Source: Mobula hypostoma (taxonomy: Eukaryota). From it: 64,000 nt of DNA. Position 1 is the stretch's first letter. Every line of letters begins with the position of its first letter. The stretch lies in the NCBI RefSeq assembly GCF_963921235.1, contig NC_086097.1, forward strand, positions 16,740,001 through 16,804,000, given 5' to 3'. Under the pieces are notes generated by a model, which ran no database searches, was not told where the DNA came from, and saw only the letters and a program-made list of their open reading frames with translations. This document shows positions 35,895-47,871 of the stretch, piece after piece. The position numbers and the translations under genes are program-made.

Positions 35895-37758
35895 TAGTGG
35901 TCACCAAACTTTTTAAGCCCAAGATCCCCTACCTCGACCTTAGTGAAGGCAAGACCTACCTACTAAATAGTTTAGAGAAAAAACAGCTCAGCTTGTACTT
36001 CCAATTTGAGGCCTTTTATTTGGGCTAATTGTATTTGAATTACACAAAATACTTTTGTCAAACTTTCAAATTAATTCAAACAAGAAAACACTGCAGCATA
36101 TCAAACAGGCCATAGCTGTCTTTCTTTAAGAATATTGCAATACCCTGTACTTCACACCTTTAATTCTAAGTTCCATTATTTAATTTTATTTCTACACGAA
36201 AAATAAATGAATAAAAATTGACTGTTGCACTCAGTGTGATGACTGGGGCTGAATACTTTCTGCTAGTTCCCTGAAATTTGGCTCGTAACTACGGACAACC
36301 AGCCTGAGACAGTGTGTGAGGTGCCTGTCAGTAAGACAGCTCCTGTACTTAGATTTAATAATTTTCATCTGTGAAAATGCAATTTCACATAGATAAGTTG
36401 AGCCGAAGTAGGCACTGACTTTTAGCGCTATAAAACCAACACACACACTGTGCATTGCTGGGGCCCCATCAGTAGTAATTGCCACCAGTTTATGAATGGG
36501 GATGTCATTTTCACGGACATATTTTTTTAAACTCATTGTAAATATCCTCACTAGTTCTCTCCTTTAATTGCAAAAGAGTGAGGAAGTCCTCCTTTGTTGT
36601 AAAATTCTGGAAAGCCATTCTGACAAACACAGCAAGCTGAGCTATTTGCATTACATCCAGGGATTCATCGAACTGTAGTGAAAAATATTCACAGAGTGAC
36701 AAATCGATCCACCTCCTCTGACAGTGACTCTACCCTCCTTGTCACTGTTGCAGGGCCAAGCGGTACATTATGTATTGCGGTTGTGATGCCGTTTTTGTTT
36801 TTAAAGTCATTAAAAACAGCCTCTGCTGTAATGGCCATTGCTTCCTTGAATAAATCGCCATCTGTAAAAGGCTTCTTGTGTTTAACCAAGAGGTGACTTA
36901 CACGAAATGATGCTTCAATAACTGCCTTATTTTGAGCAGCATGTTTTGTGGAAAACGATTGCTGGCTCTTCAACCCTGATTTCAGCTCTTCAACTTTCCT
37001 GGCATGAATTGCGCTCTTTGGGGGGGTAGGTGTCTTTAATTTTTTGGTGGTTGGTGTTGTGGTGCCGCTCCAGATTCCCTCTTTTAGTCAGTGCTTGTAC
37101 TTGGTTGCACAACATACATACACACTTGTCTTTCACCAAAGAAAGTAGAAATTCCTCTTCCCATTCTGGATGGAGTTTATATATTTTCGCCTTCTTTTGT
37201 GGAGCCTCCGCCATGCTATCAGGATATCATGAGCAATTGCTGATTGTGTCGCCTTTGATCTGGGCCGACATTTACGTGCCAGGCGGCACCTAATTAATTA
37301 GCTGGTTTATTTCGGCTTTTTTCTTAAAGATGTGCTGGGTGCATTCCGACCACTGCGGCACCGCTGCATTCTTCGGCAATGTATCGGTCCGCGGCCTGGA
37401 GGTCGGGGACCACTGTCATATATTGATGTTTGCGACAGTCTGTACTCTTATCTAATCTAATTGGCCACTTTGATGCAGCACAAGCTACGCTGAAAACGCG
37501 GTGCATGGCGGGGGAGCTACGCACTGGGCAGAAAGAATGGAACTAAAACCCCGCAACCCGGAAACAATCTCTCTTTACAAACAGCTTTCAGTAGCGAAAG
37601 TATTGCTATATTACCATTATCCTCATTAGTATTACTTATTTTTATAATGCTCACATTACGACAGTATTTGTGTATTTATTTTTGATTTTTTTCGTGATCT
37701 ACTGGGAAAGTCCCAAAGATCGACTGGTCGATCATGATCGATGGATTGGCGACCACTA
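35895..37758 (-). mobile_element. hAT (Charlie/SPIN/GTF2IRD2-like) transposon, internally deleted and frameshifted
   Basis: TIRs TAGTGGTC(A/G)CCAA; TSD CCATACAT (35887-94) / CCGTACAT (37759-66). Transposase pieces: EWEEEF..CVCMLC..NLERHHNTNH (Zn finger), KKPFTDG, FSLQFDESLD, AITTDGAPAM, FGSTYLCEIAFSQMK. Confidence 0.93.
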
Positions 37759-38014
37759 CCGTACATATTTTATTTCACTACAGGTATTAGGAATAAACAA
37801 ATTTGTTTTATTTTTATCAAGGGTCATAGAGAGAAACAACATGGAAATGAAACCTCTTTCAGTCCGTCAAGTTTATACTGCCAATCAAGTGCACAATTTT
37901 ATACTAATCCAATACTAACTCCAATTTTATTCCATAGCATGTTCCTATCAACTTCCCTCTAGATCCTTGTGTTCATCTACACACTGGGGATAATTTTTTT
38001 AATATAGTAGTCAA

Positions 38015-38292
38015 GGATGGCACGGTAGGGTAGTGGTCAGCACGATGCTTTACAGCATCAATGAACCAGGTTCAATTCCCACCGCTTTCTGTAAGGAGTT
38101 TGTATGTTCTCCTTGTGACCACGTGGGTTTCTCCAGGTTCTCTGGTTTCCTCCCACAATCCAAAGACATACCGGTTAGTAGGTTCAATTGGTAATTGTAA
38201 ATTGTCCTGTGATTAGGCTGCGGTTAAATCAGGGGTTGCTGGGGGGTGTGTTTCGAAGGGCCAGAAAAGCCTGGTCCACGCTTTATCTCAAT
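38015..38292 (+). mobile_element. tRNA-derived V-SINE/HE1-like SINE
   Basis: A-box-like TAGGGTAGTGG, B-box GGTTCAATTCC (~38069), central cgtgggtttctccagg..tggtttcctcccacaatccaaaga. Confidence 0.75.
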
Positions 38293-39324
38293 TCATTAGT
38301 CAACCCATGAGTTTGGGATGTGAAAGCAAACAGGAGCACCAGGAGTAAACCAAAGTGGTTATGGGGAGATTGTGCAAACTCCACAGAGACTCAGAGGACA
38401 GGATGAACCTGGGTCACTACAGCTGTATCTAGCCCCATTGCTGTGCCCCTTTTACTAATTGCTTTGTTCTGTCATTGGACTGAAACATTAACTCTTTCAC
38501 TTCCGAGATGCTGCCTAGCTTGCTGAGTGTTCTCCAGCATTTTCTGTTTCTTTCCTTATTTGTAGCATATACTGTTCAATACGTATTTGCCTGCCATGGT
38601 TCAGAGTAATATAAGACATTGGGTATGCAAATCAATGCTTTTTCAAAAGTAGTATTGGGATGGATCTCAACTGGTTTCCTTCTTCTAATAACATACCCCC
38701 TCAAATTTAAGGAAGTCTAGACCATATTCTTACTTGTATGGCATGTTTTTGACTCTTTTAAAATGATCTGAGCAGATTCTTTTATACTCGACCTTCCTTT
38801 GCAGCCACCCCAACCCACCCCACCCTACCATCTCTCTGCCCCAACTCCATATCCAGTCATATTCAGCTGCTTTTGTAGCTAATAATTAGCTACCAATACT
38901 TCCAGGGATGAAGCTAGTGTATTCTGATCATGAATTTTCAGATGCAGGGAGCTTGAATAAGGAAGGTACTTGATGGATAAATGCATTTCATTTTGGTTGT
39001 AGACTGAAGCCTTGCATTTGTATCTTTAGAGTCCATGAAAATTAAATATGCAATGGTGATGTTTTGCAAACGAGTTTGTTTCTTGGCTTGTGCTTTGCAT
39101 TTAAATCGCTCATTAATTGCAGATTTAAGTCATGACACAGGTTAGAAAATTTAGGCTGCCTTTAAGAAAAGGGAATTGGTATGTCCTGTACTTGTAAAAA
39201 TGTCAGTGATTCTTATAGTTAAAAATATATTTTTTTCAATTTACATGCCTTTTCTGGTTTGCTAATCACCATTATGTTGGTCTTGATGTTAAAATTAAGT
39301 TAAAATATCTCCACCTTCTTGCAG

Positions 39325-39450
39325 TATTTCGCAACGGATGATCCAGAATTCTACAAGAGTAAAGTTTGTTATATTTTGAACAACGATGTGAGTGAAATGG
39401 ATCTCGTTTTTGCTGAGGAAAAATACAACAAGTCAGGACAGTTGGAAAAG
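39325..39450 (+). CDS. AREL1: AREL1 coding exon 11 in window (HECT)
   Basis: cag|TAT...AAG|gtagag. YFATDDPEFYKSKVCYILNNDVSEMDLVFAEEKYNKSGQLEK. 126 nt. Confidence 0.96.
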
Positions 39451-40574
39451 GTAGAGTTGCAAGAAATTTAGTTCATACCAGCATTTGAAATAAAATTTCA
39501 TATGCCCTTTTGCTAAGGATATCATCTAGGGTATTGGTATTGTAACCGTATGACCATGTGGATGAAACTTAGGCCATTTGTCCCATCGAGGTCAGTCCAT
39601 CATGACTGTGAAGATCGCAATTAAATCATTCCTTATATACTTTTTTTCTTCATCAAAATTATATATATCTTCTTCCCCTATTTCATAACCAAGCCCTCAC
39701 TCTTGAGCAATATCCTGATAAATTAGTGTAAATATATACGGACTTAAAAATATATCAGAAATTGTGCTCTGGAACAAATTGCTTTAAATATTGGTGGAAG
39801 AAGATTCTATAGAGACCAACAAAAAATGGCAAAGTTATGGAAAAAAGCTTTGCAATGGGTTGAATGGTCTCTATTTATAAGCTTTCTTTATAGCTTGTCA
39901 ATTCTTGTAATTTTCTGCCATATAATTTTACATACCAAAGGTAGCCTAAGATTGCATAAAACAAAAATCATAGCACTTAATCTGTCTCAAAGTATCCAAT
40001 CAAAATCCAATAACATGTACTACATCTGGATGCTTCCTAGTTTACTACTTTTCTCTGCTTAAAAAGTCTTAGCATTTAAAACATATATTTTCTCAGTCTT
40101 ATTCTAGAATGCATTATGTATTTCTCATCATTGAATTGTATGTCTTTCACAGCTGTCATTTCTAACTCCTTACTGTTCATGCCAATAACATGGTGCTATC
40201 AAGAAATTTTAGTATTACTCCTTCAGTTCTTTTGTCCTTTGACAATACCTTTATTAAACATTTACACAAAGGAATGAAATACAATTTATTCTGTTTTCAG
40301 TCTGAGAAATATCCATTTATCCCGTTCCTTTTGTACTGACACTTCTAAAAATATTCTTAATTTTCTAATGCTTCATCTTTTTCTTAATTCCTCTTCTGCT
40401 ATTTTCCTGTATTTAGTAACTGTTTCTCTTGATTACTTTTCATGTCTTACTCAGCTCATAATTTAACGTACTTCTTTAATTCTTGTCTGGAATACAGTTG
40501 TTTTAATGTTTTCCATCATCTGCTTCAACGTTTGCCTAGTAAGACTATAGCCCGTCTGAAAAAGCATGCGACCC

Positions 40575-41096
40575 TTTTCAGTTCTGCTTCCCATTACCAT
40601 TCCAACATGTCAGTCCATGGCCGCCTCTACTGCTGCAATGAGAAGCAATACCTTATAGTCCATCTGGGTAGCCTCCAACCTAATGGAATGAACACTGATT
40701 TCTCAAACTTCTGATAATTGCCCCCCCTTCACCATTCCCCTATTCCTGTTCCCCTATCTCACCTTATCTGCTTACCTGCCCATCACTTCCCTCTGGTGCT
40801 TCTCCTCCTTCCATGGTCTTCTACCCTCTCCTATCAGATTCCTCCTTCTTCAGCCCTTTATCTCTTTCACCAATCAACTTCCCAGCTTTTTACTTCACCC
40901 CTCACCCTCTCCTTGTTTCACCTATCACCTACCACCTTGTACTTCTTCCTCCCTTCCCCTCACCTTCTTGCTCTGACTTCTCATTTTTTTCCAGTCCTGA
41001 TGAAGGGTCTTGGCCCAAAACGTTGACTGTACCTCTTCCTGTAGATGCTGCCTGGCCTGCTGCGTTCACCAGCAATTTTTATGTGTGTTGCTTGAA
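40575..41096 (+). mobile_element. Older Penelope-like element 3' fragment (GIY-YIG C-terminus plus pseudo-LTR)
   Basis: HSNMSVHGRLYC..EKQYLIVHLGSLQPNGMNTDFSNF (end of ORF 40442..40714) matches the 45565 ORF; pLTR at ~40990-41095. Confidence 0.85.
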
Positions 41097-41976
41097 GACT
41101 ATAGGCCTGCTTACCAAATTTTCCGTGCATTTAATTGAATGAAGTCTGCTTTCTGTTGTGGATATTTTTAAATGCAATTGTTTTTTATATCTTTTTTTCA
41201 TTTTCCTACCTCTTAGCCTAACCATTTTAACACCCTCCTAGTCATGGGTACCTGTTTGCAGAACCAACTCACATGTGAGTTCTTTCCTTTCTTGATGATA
41301 GGAGGTTGCCTCATTCAACTCCATTGTAGTATTTGTTTCATAATGATATTGAGTAATATTAAGATTGCTTTTGGGGTGCTGTATTTTCATTAATCCGTTA
41401 ATTCCTAAAGCCCTCCTTATTAAAGATGAGTCCTTACCTTGGGGTTTCTGATATGAACCTCCAGTTTTCATTCTTGTACAATGCAGAAGGAAGTCATTCA
41501 GCCCACCATTTCTGCTCAGTGCACTGCCCCCTTGATTCCTCTGCAACCTATTCTTGCTCACATGTTCATCAGCTCGCCTTTTTTCCTCCTGCCACCCTCC
41601 TGCACCAGGAGTAGTTTACAGTAGCCAATTAACCTACTGGCACATCTTTGGAACATAAGAGGATGTTAAAGCACCTGAGGGAGATTTACTGAGTTACAGG
41701 AGAATGTGAAAAGTCCACACAGACAGCACCAGAGGTGGGGCTTTAACTTGGGTGTCACTGGAGTTGTGGCGGCTGCTCAAGTTACTGCACCACTGTGTCC
41801 TTCCACACCATGTTGGTGTGTTTTTATTAAACTGCTGTCATAAAGCTTTGCAGCTGCTTGTTGTCCTGACACCTTGGATGCAATGTCCCATTTAGCATTA
41901 CTGATCTGACTGTCAAAATGACGAAGAACATTTCTTCTTTTGGATCATCCCTCTGAGTGTACTCATTCTTCTTCAG

Positions 41977-42106
41977 GTTATAGAGCTGATAGCTGGGGGT
42001 GCGCAGGTACCAGTAACCAACGACAACAAGATATTCTACTTGAACATGCTTGCACAATACAGACTAGCCACTCAGGTGCGCCAAGAAGTGGAGTGTTTCC
42101 TTAAAG
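41977..42106 (+). CDS. AREL1: AREL1 coding exon 12 in window (HECT)
   Basis: cag|GTT...AAA G|gtatga. VIELIAGGAQVPVTNDNKIFYLNMLAQYRLATQVRQEVECFLK. 130 nt. Confidence 0.96.
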
Positions 42107-42919
42107 GTATGATTGTGTTATGGTGAAACTTGAGTGTAAAAGAAACAGTGTCGTTTTAAGCATGTGATTCTGCAGAGGCTGGAAATCCAGAGCAGCGCAT
42201 ATAAAATGCTGGCGGAACTCAGCAAGTCAGGCAGTGTCTGTGGAATGAACAGTCAATATATCAGGCTGGGGCCCTTCATAAGGACTGTAAAAGAAGTGGA
42301 CAGAAGCAGAGTGCCACTGTTCTAGCTGATGAAGTTAAACTAAATGTCTCAAATCATTGTGCTGAATGTGGAGGGTAGCATTTATATATTTGTTAATTTT
42401 TTTTAAATTCTAATTTCATCTACTGAGCATCCAAATAAAATTCCTAGTGGGAACCACAAATCTCTGAATTTAGTCATGATGCTTATTGTTGAATAGTTTT
42501 CCTAGTTCAATCCACGGGCTTAGTTTTAAAACAGTGTTCTGGCTAATGCTGATCTCTTAATAGATTGAACTTGTACTCCAGCGTCATCTTTACTGCATGT
42601 TTATCACCTTTAAAGCAAAACTGTTCATATTCCAATGGTGTGGGGAAGAATATAAGTTTGACCACTTTTGGAGAGTATTTTAAACATAAGTATGCACATG
42701 TAGGTATAATATATGTACTTAGTGGTTACTGTGGTGATGTGTCAATTGAAACCTTTTTCTGAGTTTATATTCAAATATTTGGTATCAGGGGAGCCGTAAT
42801 AGCAAAGTAACGCTATTTTACAATAATACTGCTGGGTTTCGGTACCTGAATATTGAGGTCTCTGTAATTAGGAAGGATATACTTGTTTTGTAATTTGTAA
42901 ACTGATTCCTGTTTTTTAG

Positions 42920-43350
42920 GCCAAAAGATATAGGAACAGAATTAAACCATCTGATCTGTCGAGTCTGCTCCACCATTCAATCATGGCTGATTTATTTTTC
43001 CTTTCAGTCCCATTCTCCTGCCTTCTTCTGATAACCTTTGATGTCCTTACTAATCAAGAACCTGTCAACCTCCACTTTGAACCTACCCAATGACTTGGCC
43101 TCCACAGGCAATGAGTTGTACAGATTCGCCACTCTCTCACGGAAGAGATGTCCTTCTGTTCAGAGGCTGCACCCTCTGGTTCCAGACTCTTCCATAGGAA
43201 ACATCCTCTCCACACCCGCTCTATCAAGGCCTTTCAGTATTCAGGAGGTTTTGATGAAATCGCCTGTCATATGTATAAACTCCAGTGAGTATGGGCCCAG
43301 AGCCAGGAAATGCTCATCATGTGTTAACCCTTTCACTCCCTGAGCCATTC
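42920..43350 (-). mobile_element. CR1 LINE 3' fragment
   Basis: Tail ccaaaagatataggaacagaatt; reverse-strand remnants of the CR1 ORF2 C-terminus. Confidence 0.75.
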
Positions 43351-43465
43351 TGGTAATTCATTCTCGGGATCATTTTTGAGGTTATTCTGTGAGAAATGAC
43401 CCAGTGTGATTGGCTTGTACCCACTGAAATTTAGAAAGTGAAGTCATTGAGATATCTTAAATACT

Positions 43466-44612
43466 GAATCAGAATCAGGTTTGATATCACCGGCATATAT
43501 CATGAAATTTGTTAACTTAGTAGCAGCAGTACAATACAATACATGATAAATATAGAAAAAAAATCAATTATCGTAAGTATACATGTATATATGTAAAATA
43601 GTTAAGTGAAAAATAGTGGAAAAACAGAAATAAAAAATGTGAGGTAGTGTTCATGGGTTCAATAACCATTTAGAAATTGGATGGCAGAGGAGAAGTAGTT
43701 GTTCCTGAATCACTAAGTGTGTGCCTTCAGGATTCTGTACATCATTCCTGATGGCAGCAATGAGAAGAGGGCATGTCTGTATGATGGGGTCCTTAATAAT
43801 GGACTCTGCTCTGAGGCACCACTCCTTGAAGATGTCTTGGATACTACAGAGGCTAGTACCCATGATGGAGCTGCCTGATTTTACAATTTTTTGTAGCTTC
43901 TTTTGATCCTGTACGTACCAGACAGTGATGTAGCCTGTTGGAATGTTCTCCACAATACATCTGTAGAAGTTTTCGAGTGTTTTAGATGACAAGCCAAATC
44001 TCCTCAAACTCCTATTGAAATATAGCTGCTGTCCTGCCTTTTTTATAGCTGCCTCGATATGGTGGGTCCAGGTTGGATTCTCCCAGATGTTGATACCTAA
44101 AACTTGAAATTGCTCACTCTCTCCACTTCTGATCCCTCTGCGGGTTGGTTTGTGTTCACAATCAGCTCTTTGGTCTCACTGACATTGAGTGCAAGGTTGT
44201 TGCTGCAGCACCACTCAACTAGCTGATATACCTCACTCCTGTATGCCCCCATCTCCATCTGAGATTCTGCCAGCAATGGTTGTACCACCAGCAAATTTAT
44301 AGATAACATACAAGCTATGCCTAGCCACACAGTCATGGGTGTAGAGAGAACAAAGCGGTAGGCTAAGCACACATCCCTGAGATGCACTAGTGTGGATCGT
44401 CTGCGAGGAGGAGATGTTACCAATTTGCACAGATTGTGGTCTGGTTAGGAAGTTGAGGATCCAGTTGCAGAGGGAGGTACAGAGGCTTAGGTTCTGTAGC
44501 TTTTTGATCAGGACTGTAGGAATGATTGTGTTAAACACTGAGCTATAATCAATCAACAACTGATATAGGTGTTTGTATTGTCCAGGTGATCTAAAGCCAT
44601 GTGAAGAGCCAT
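43466..44612 (-). mobile_element. Rex1/Babar-like LINE, RT fragment
   Basis: [38 protein letters not shown] (44233..44559); WCCSNNLALNVSETKELIV; FYRCIVENI.TGYITVWY; (GAATCA)n tail at 43466. Confidence 0.85.
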
Positions 44613-45173
44613 TGAAATAGACACTGAGAGAGATTTATAAAAGTAGTTGTTGAGAGGCTGCAGAATCAAAGAACTTGGAGGCATTATCTCAAGATTAGGA
44701 ATTATCCATGAGCTGAGATAGGAATACATTTTTTTCAGTGGATTGCAGAACATTGGCACTTTCAACCCCAAGTGGCTACAGATATTCTGTCATACTCAAG
44801 GCTGCGTTCATTGATTTTTATACAAGGGGATCAAAGGGGATGGAGAATGAGTGCAGTGATGGGTTACAGATTTAGCCATGATCTTATTGAATGGTGTAAT
44901 AGGCTTAAGAGGTTTCAATGTATATTGTAATAAATTTTTTGAGGAAATTGTACAATGAGGACAGTGCTCCCAACATGGGAGGAAAACAATCAAAAAGGAA
45001 CTGACACTTGCATTGTGACAGATTTAGTAAGTATTTGGTAACAGTTCATTGCTTGCATTGATGTAGGGGTGGGGAGAGGTCTCCGTTTCCATGAAAGGAA
45101 ATGTAGCCAGCTCCATCCTGGCCTTGGCTTTTTCTGGGTAGGGTCCTGGATAACATGGTTGCCATATATTAAA

Positions 45174-46430
45174 GCAACATACATCAAAGTTGCTGGTGAA
45201 CGCAGCAGGCCAAGCAGCATCTATAGGAAGAGGCGCAGTCGACGTTTCAGGCCGAGACCCTTCGTCAGGACTAACTGAAGGAAGAGTGAGTAAGGGATTT
45301 GAAAGCTGGAGGGGGAGGGGGAGATGCAAAATGATAGGAGAAGACAGGAGGGGGAGGGATAGAGCCGAGAGCTAGACAGGTGATAGGCAAAAGGGGATAC
45401 GAGAGGATCATGGGACAGGAGGCCTAGGGAGAAAGACGGGGGGGGGTGACCCAGAGGATGGGCAAGAGGTATATTCAGAGGGACAGAGGGAGAAAAAGGA
45501 GAGTGAGAGAAAGAATGTGTGCATAAAAAGGAGTAACAGCTGGGGTACGAGGGGGAGGTGGGGCCTAGCGGAAGTTAGAGAAGTCAATGTTCATGCCATC
45601 AGGTTGGAGGCTACCCATACGGAATATAAGGTGTTGTTCCTCCAACCTGAGTGTGGCTTCATCTTTACAGTAGAGGAGGCCGTGGATAGACATGTCAGAA
45701 TGGGAATGGGATGTGGAATTAAAATGTGTGGCCACTGGGAGATCCTGCTTTCTCTGGCGGACAGAGCGTAGATGTTCAGCAAAGCGGTCTCCCAGTCTGC
45801 GTCGGGTCTCACCAATATATAAAAGGCCACATCGGGAGCACCGGACGCAGTATATCACCCCAGTCGACTCACAGGTGAAGTGATGCCTCACCTGGAAGGA
45901 CTGTTTGGGGCCCTGAATGGTGGTAAGGGAGGAAGTGTAAGGGCATGTGTAGCACTTGTTCCGCTTACACGGATAAGTGCCAGGAGGGAGATCAGTGGGG
46001 AGGGATGGGGGGGACGAATGGACAAGGGAGTTGTGTAGGGAGCGATCCCTGCGGAATGCAGAGAGAGGTGGGGAGGGAAAGATGTGCTTAGTGGTGGGAT
46101 CCCGTTGGAGGTGGCGGAAGTTACGGAGAATAATATGTTGGACCCGGAGGCTGGTGGGGTGGTAGGTGAGGACCAGGGGAACCCTATTCCTAGTGGGGTG
46201 GTGGGAGGATGGAGTGAGAGCAGATGTACGTGAAATGGAGGAGATGCGTTTAAGAGCAGAGTTGATAGTGGAGGAAGGGAAGCCCCTTTCTTTAAAAAAT
46301 GAAGACAGAAGGGTCTCGGCCTGAAACGTCGACTGCGCCTCTTCCTATAGATGCTGCTTGGCCTGCTGCGTTCACCAGCAACTTTGATGTATGTTGCTTG
46401 AATTTCCAGCATCTGCAGGATTCCTGTTGT
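45174..46430 (-). mobile_element. Young Penelope-like (Neptune-type) retroelement, 5'-truncated, with inverted pseudo-LTR
   Basis: Stop-free minus frame 46305-45565 (246 aa): RT thumb, linker CKRNKCYTC..FTC, and GIY-YIG VIY..CSRC..YIGET..H..H..EE. Perfect 92-bp inverted repeat 45172-45263 / 46308-46399. Direct repeat TTGCCATATATTAAA at 45159-73 and 46431-45. Confidence 0.93.
45236..45273 (-). ncRNA. Minimal type I hammerhead ribozyme motif in the Penelope pseudo-LTR
   Basis: UAGUC-CUGACGA-AGGGUCUCGGCCU-GAAAC-GUC-GACUG: stem I UAGUC/GACUG, CUGANGA and GAAA core boxes, stem II AGG/CCU, GUC triplet, palindromic ACGU in place of stem III. Confidence 0.7.
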
Positions 46431-46929
46431 TTGCCATATATTAAATCCAGTTTATTTATTTATTAATCAAATGCACATCGAAACATAAATTAAAGCATTT
46501 GCCTTAATAACCAACACAATCTGAGGATGTGCTGGGGCCAGCCTGCAAGTGTAACACATTCCCACACCAACATAGCTGTCGACATAGCTGTGCCAAAGAA
46601 GTGAAGAGGGAGCACTTGAAGTGTGTGAGAAAATTAACTCTTGCTTTAGATGTTGAAAAGAAGCAAATTACAGTCACCTTCACAATGAGAAGGCAGTTGA
46701 TCAGCAGAGGGTAGTCTTGCAGTCATGGCTGCCTAAACTGAGTCTTCTAGCTGCCAGGTAATGACAGTGATTTGGGAGCACAAAGCATGCTCTTGTCCAC
46801 CTGATGTAAGCAGCAAACCAAAAATATATAAAAAGAAACTTGCATTTGTAATATCCTCTTATTCTTAAGTCACCTCAAAGTGCTTCTCACTTATAAACTT
46901 GAAGCCAATAATTAATTTTTTTCCTGTAG

Positions 46930-46988
46930 GCTTGAATGAGTTAATTCCTGAAAATCTCTTGGCCATTTTTGACGAAAATGAGTTGGAG
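46930..46988 (+). CDS. AREL1: AREL1 coding exon 13 in window (HECT)
   Basis: tag|GC TTG...GAG|gtaggc. (G)LNELIPENLLAIFDENELE. 59 nt. Confidence 0.95.
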
Positions 46989-47871
46989 GTAGGCAATGCT
47001 CAAACAAATGGCTCATACACTGTTGATGTGACTGTCCCTTTGTACTGAAATTTCAATAAGTTTATCTCATGTTTGCACTTGCTCTGAACAAAAAGTCATT
47101 GTGTGTAAGCTACACCACGATTTAATATAAATTACTTGGGTACATTTTCTAGTATATGTTATGATTGTGATTATTTTTATATGACTATTCCTACTCAAGA
47201 TATCTTTTGGTCTTTTTCTTTCCTCCAGTAGCAAAAGAATAATAGAATGGGAGAGGGACTACTTGTTTCTGTGTAACTGTAGCATTAAGAGTCACTGTGC
47301 CACTGTGTTTCCAGCTACCCTGCTGCTACCAGAAGAGTTCCTCTTGCCAAGCGTCACTTTGTCATTTCTTGTTAGTCACCTTCTGTACAGGTACTCCTGT
47401 ACCTACTGTCACTTTATGTACATACAATCAGTTTATGTATATATGCTAATTGTATGTATATGTGGCCAACTCAGCAGTTACTTGTACAATGTGTTTATAG
47501 GATTACTTTTATATTTGTATTTATTGTAGTTTTTGAGTTGCATTGGATCTGGAGTAACAATCATTTTGTTCTCCTTTACACTTGTGTACTGAAGAATGAC
47601 AATAAACAATCTTGAATCTTATGAATTGGATGCAGTTGGCCACTCCAATGATGATCCAAATCCAGAATTACTTAAAATCCCCAGGTGAATTTGTCAGTAT
47701 GGTCTTGATCCAGCTTTCAAAGAACAAAAGTTCATGTACACGCACAACACATAATTAGTCACTGGTTGGCTTACAATGACTTTGATTGAAATGGATCCAT
47801 TAAGATTGTGTAGCTGGAAAGGTATCCATGGGTTGAGTAGGGAATTTGGATTATAATATGGGTATACTTCA

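Noticed and set aside
36231..37214. Domesticated GTF2IRD2/EPM2AIP1-like host gene
   Set aside because: It is broken into four frames, internally deleted, and bounded by TIRs and a TSD, so it is a transposon relic.
47645..47712. Intronic C/D box snoRNA (ATGATGA box C-like)
   Set aside because: No matching CTGA box D or terminal stem at a suitable distance.
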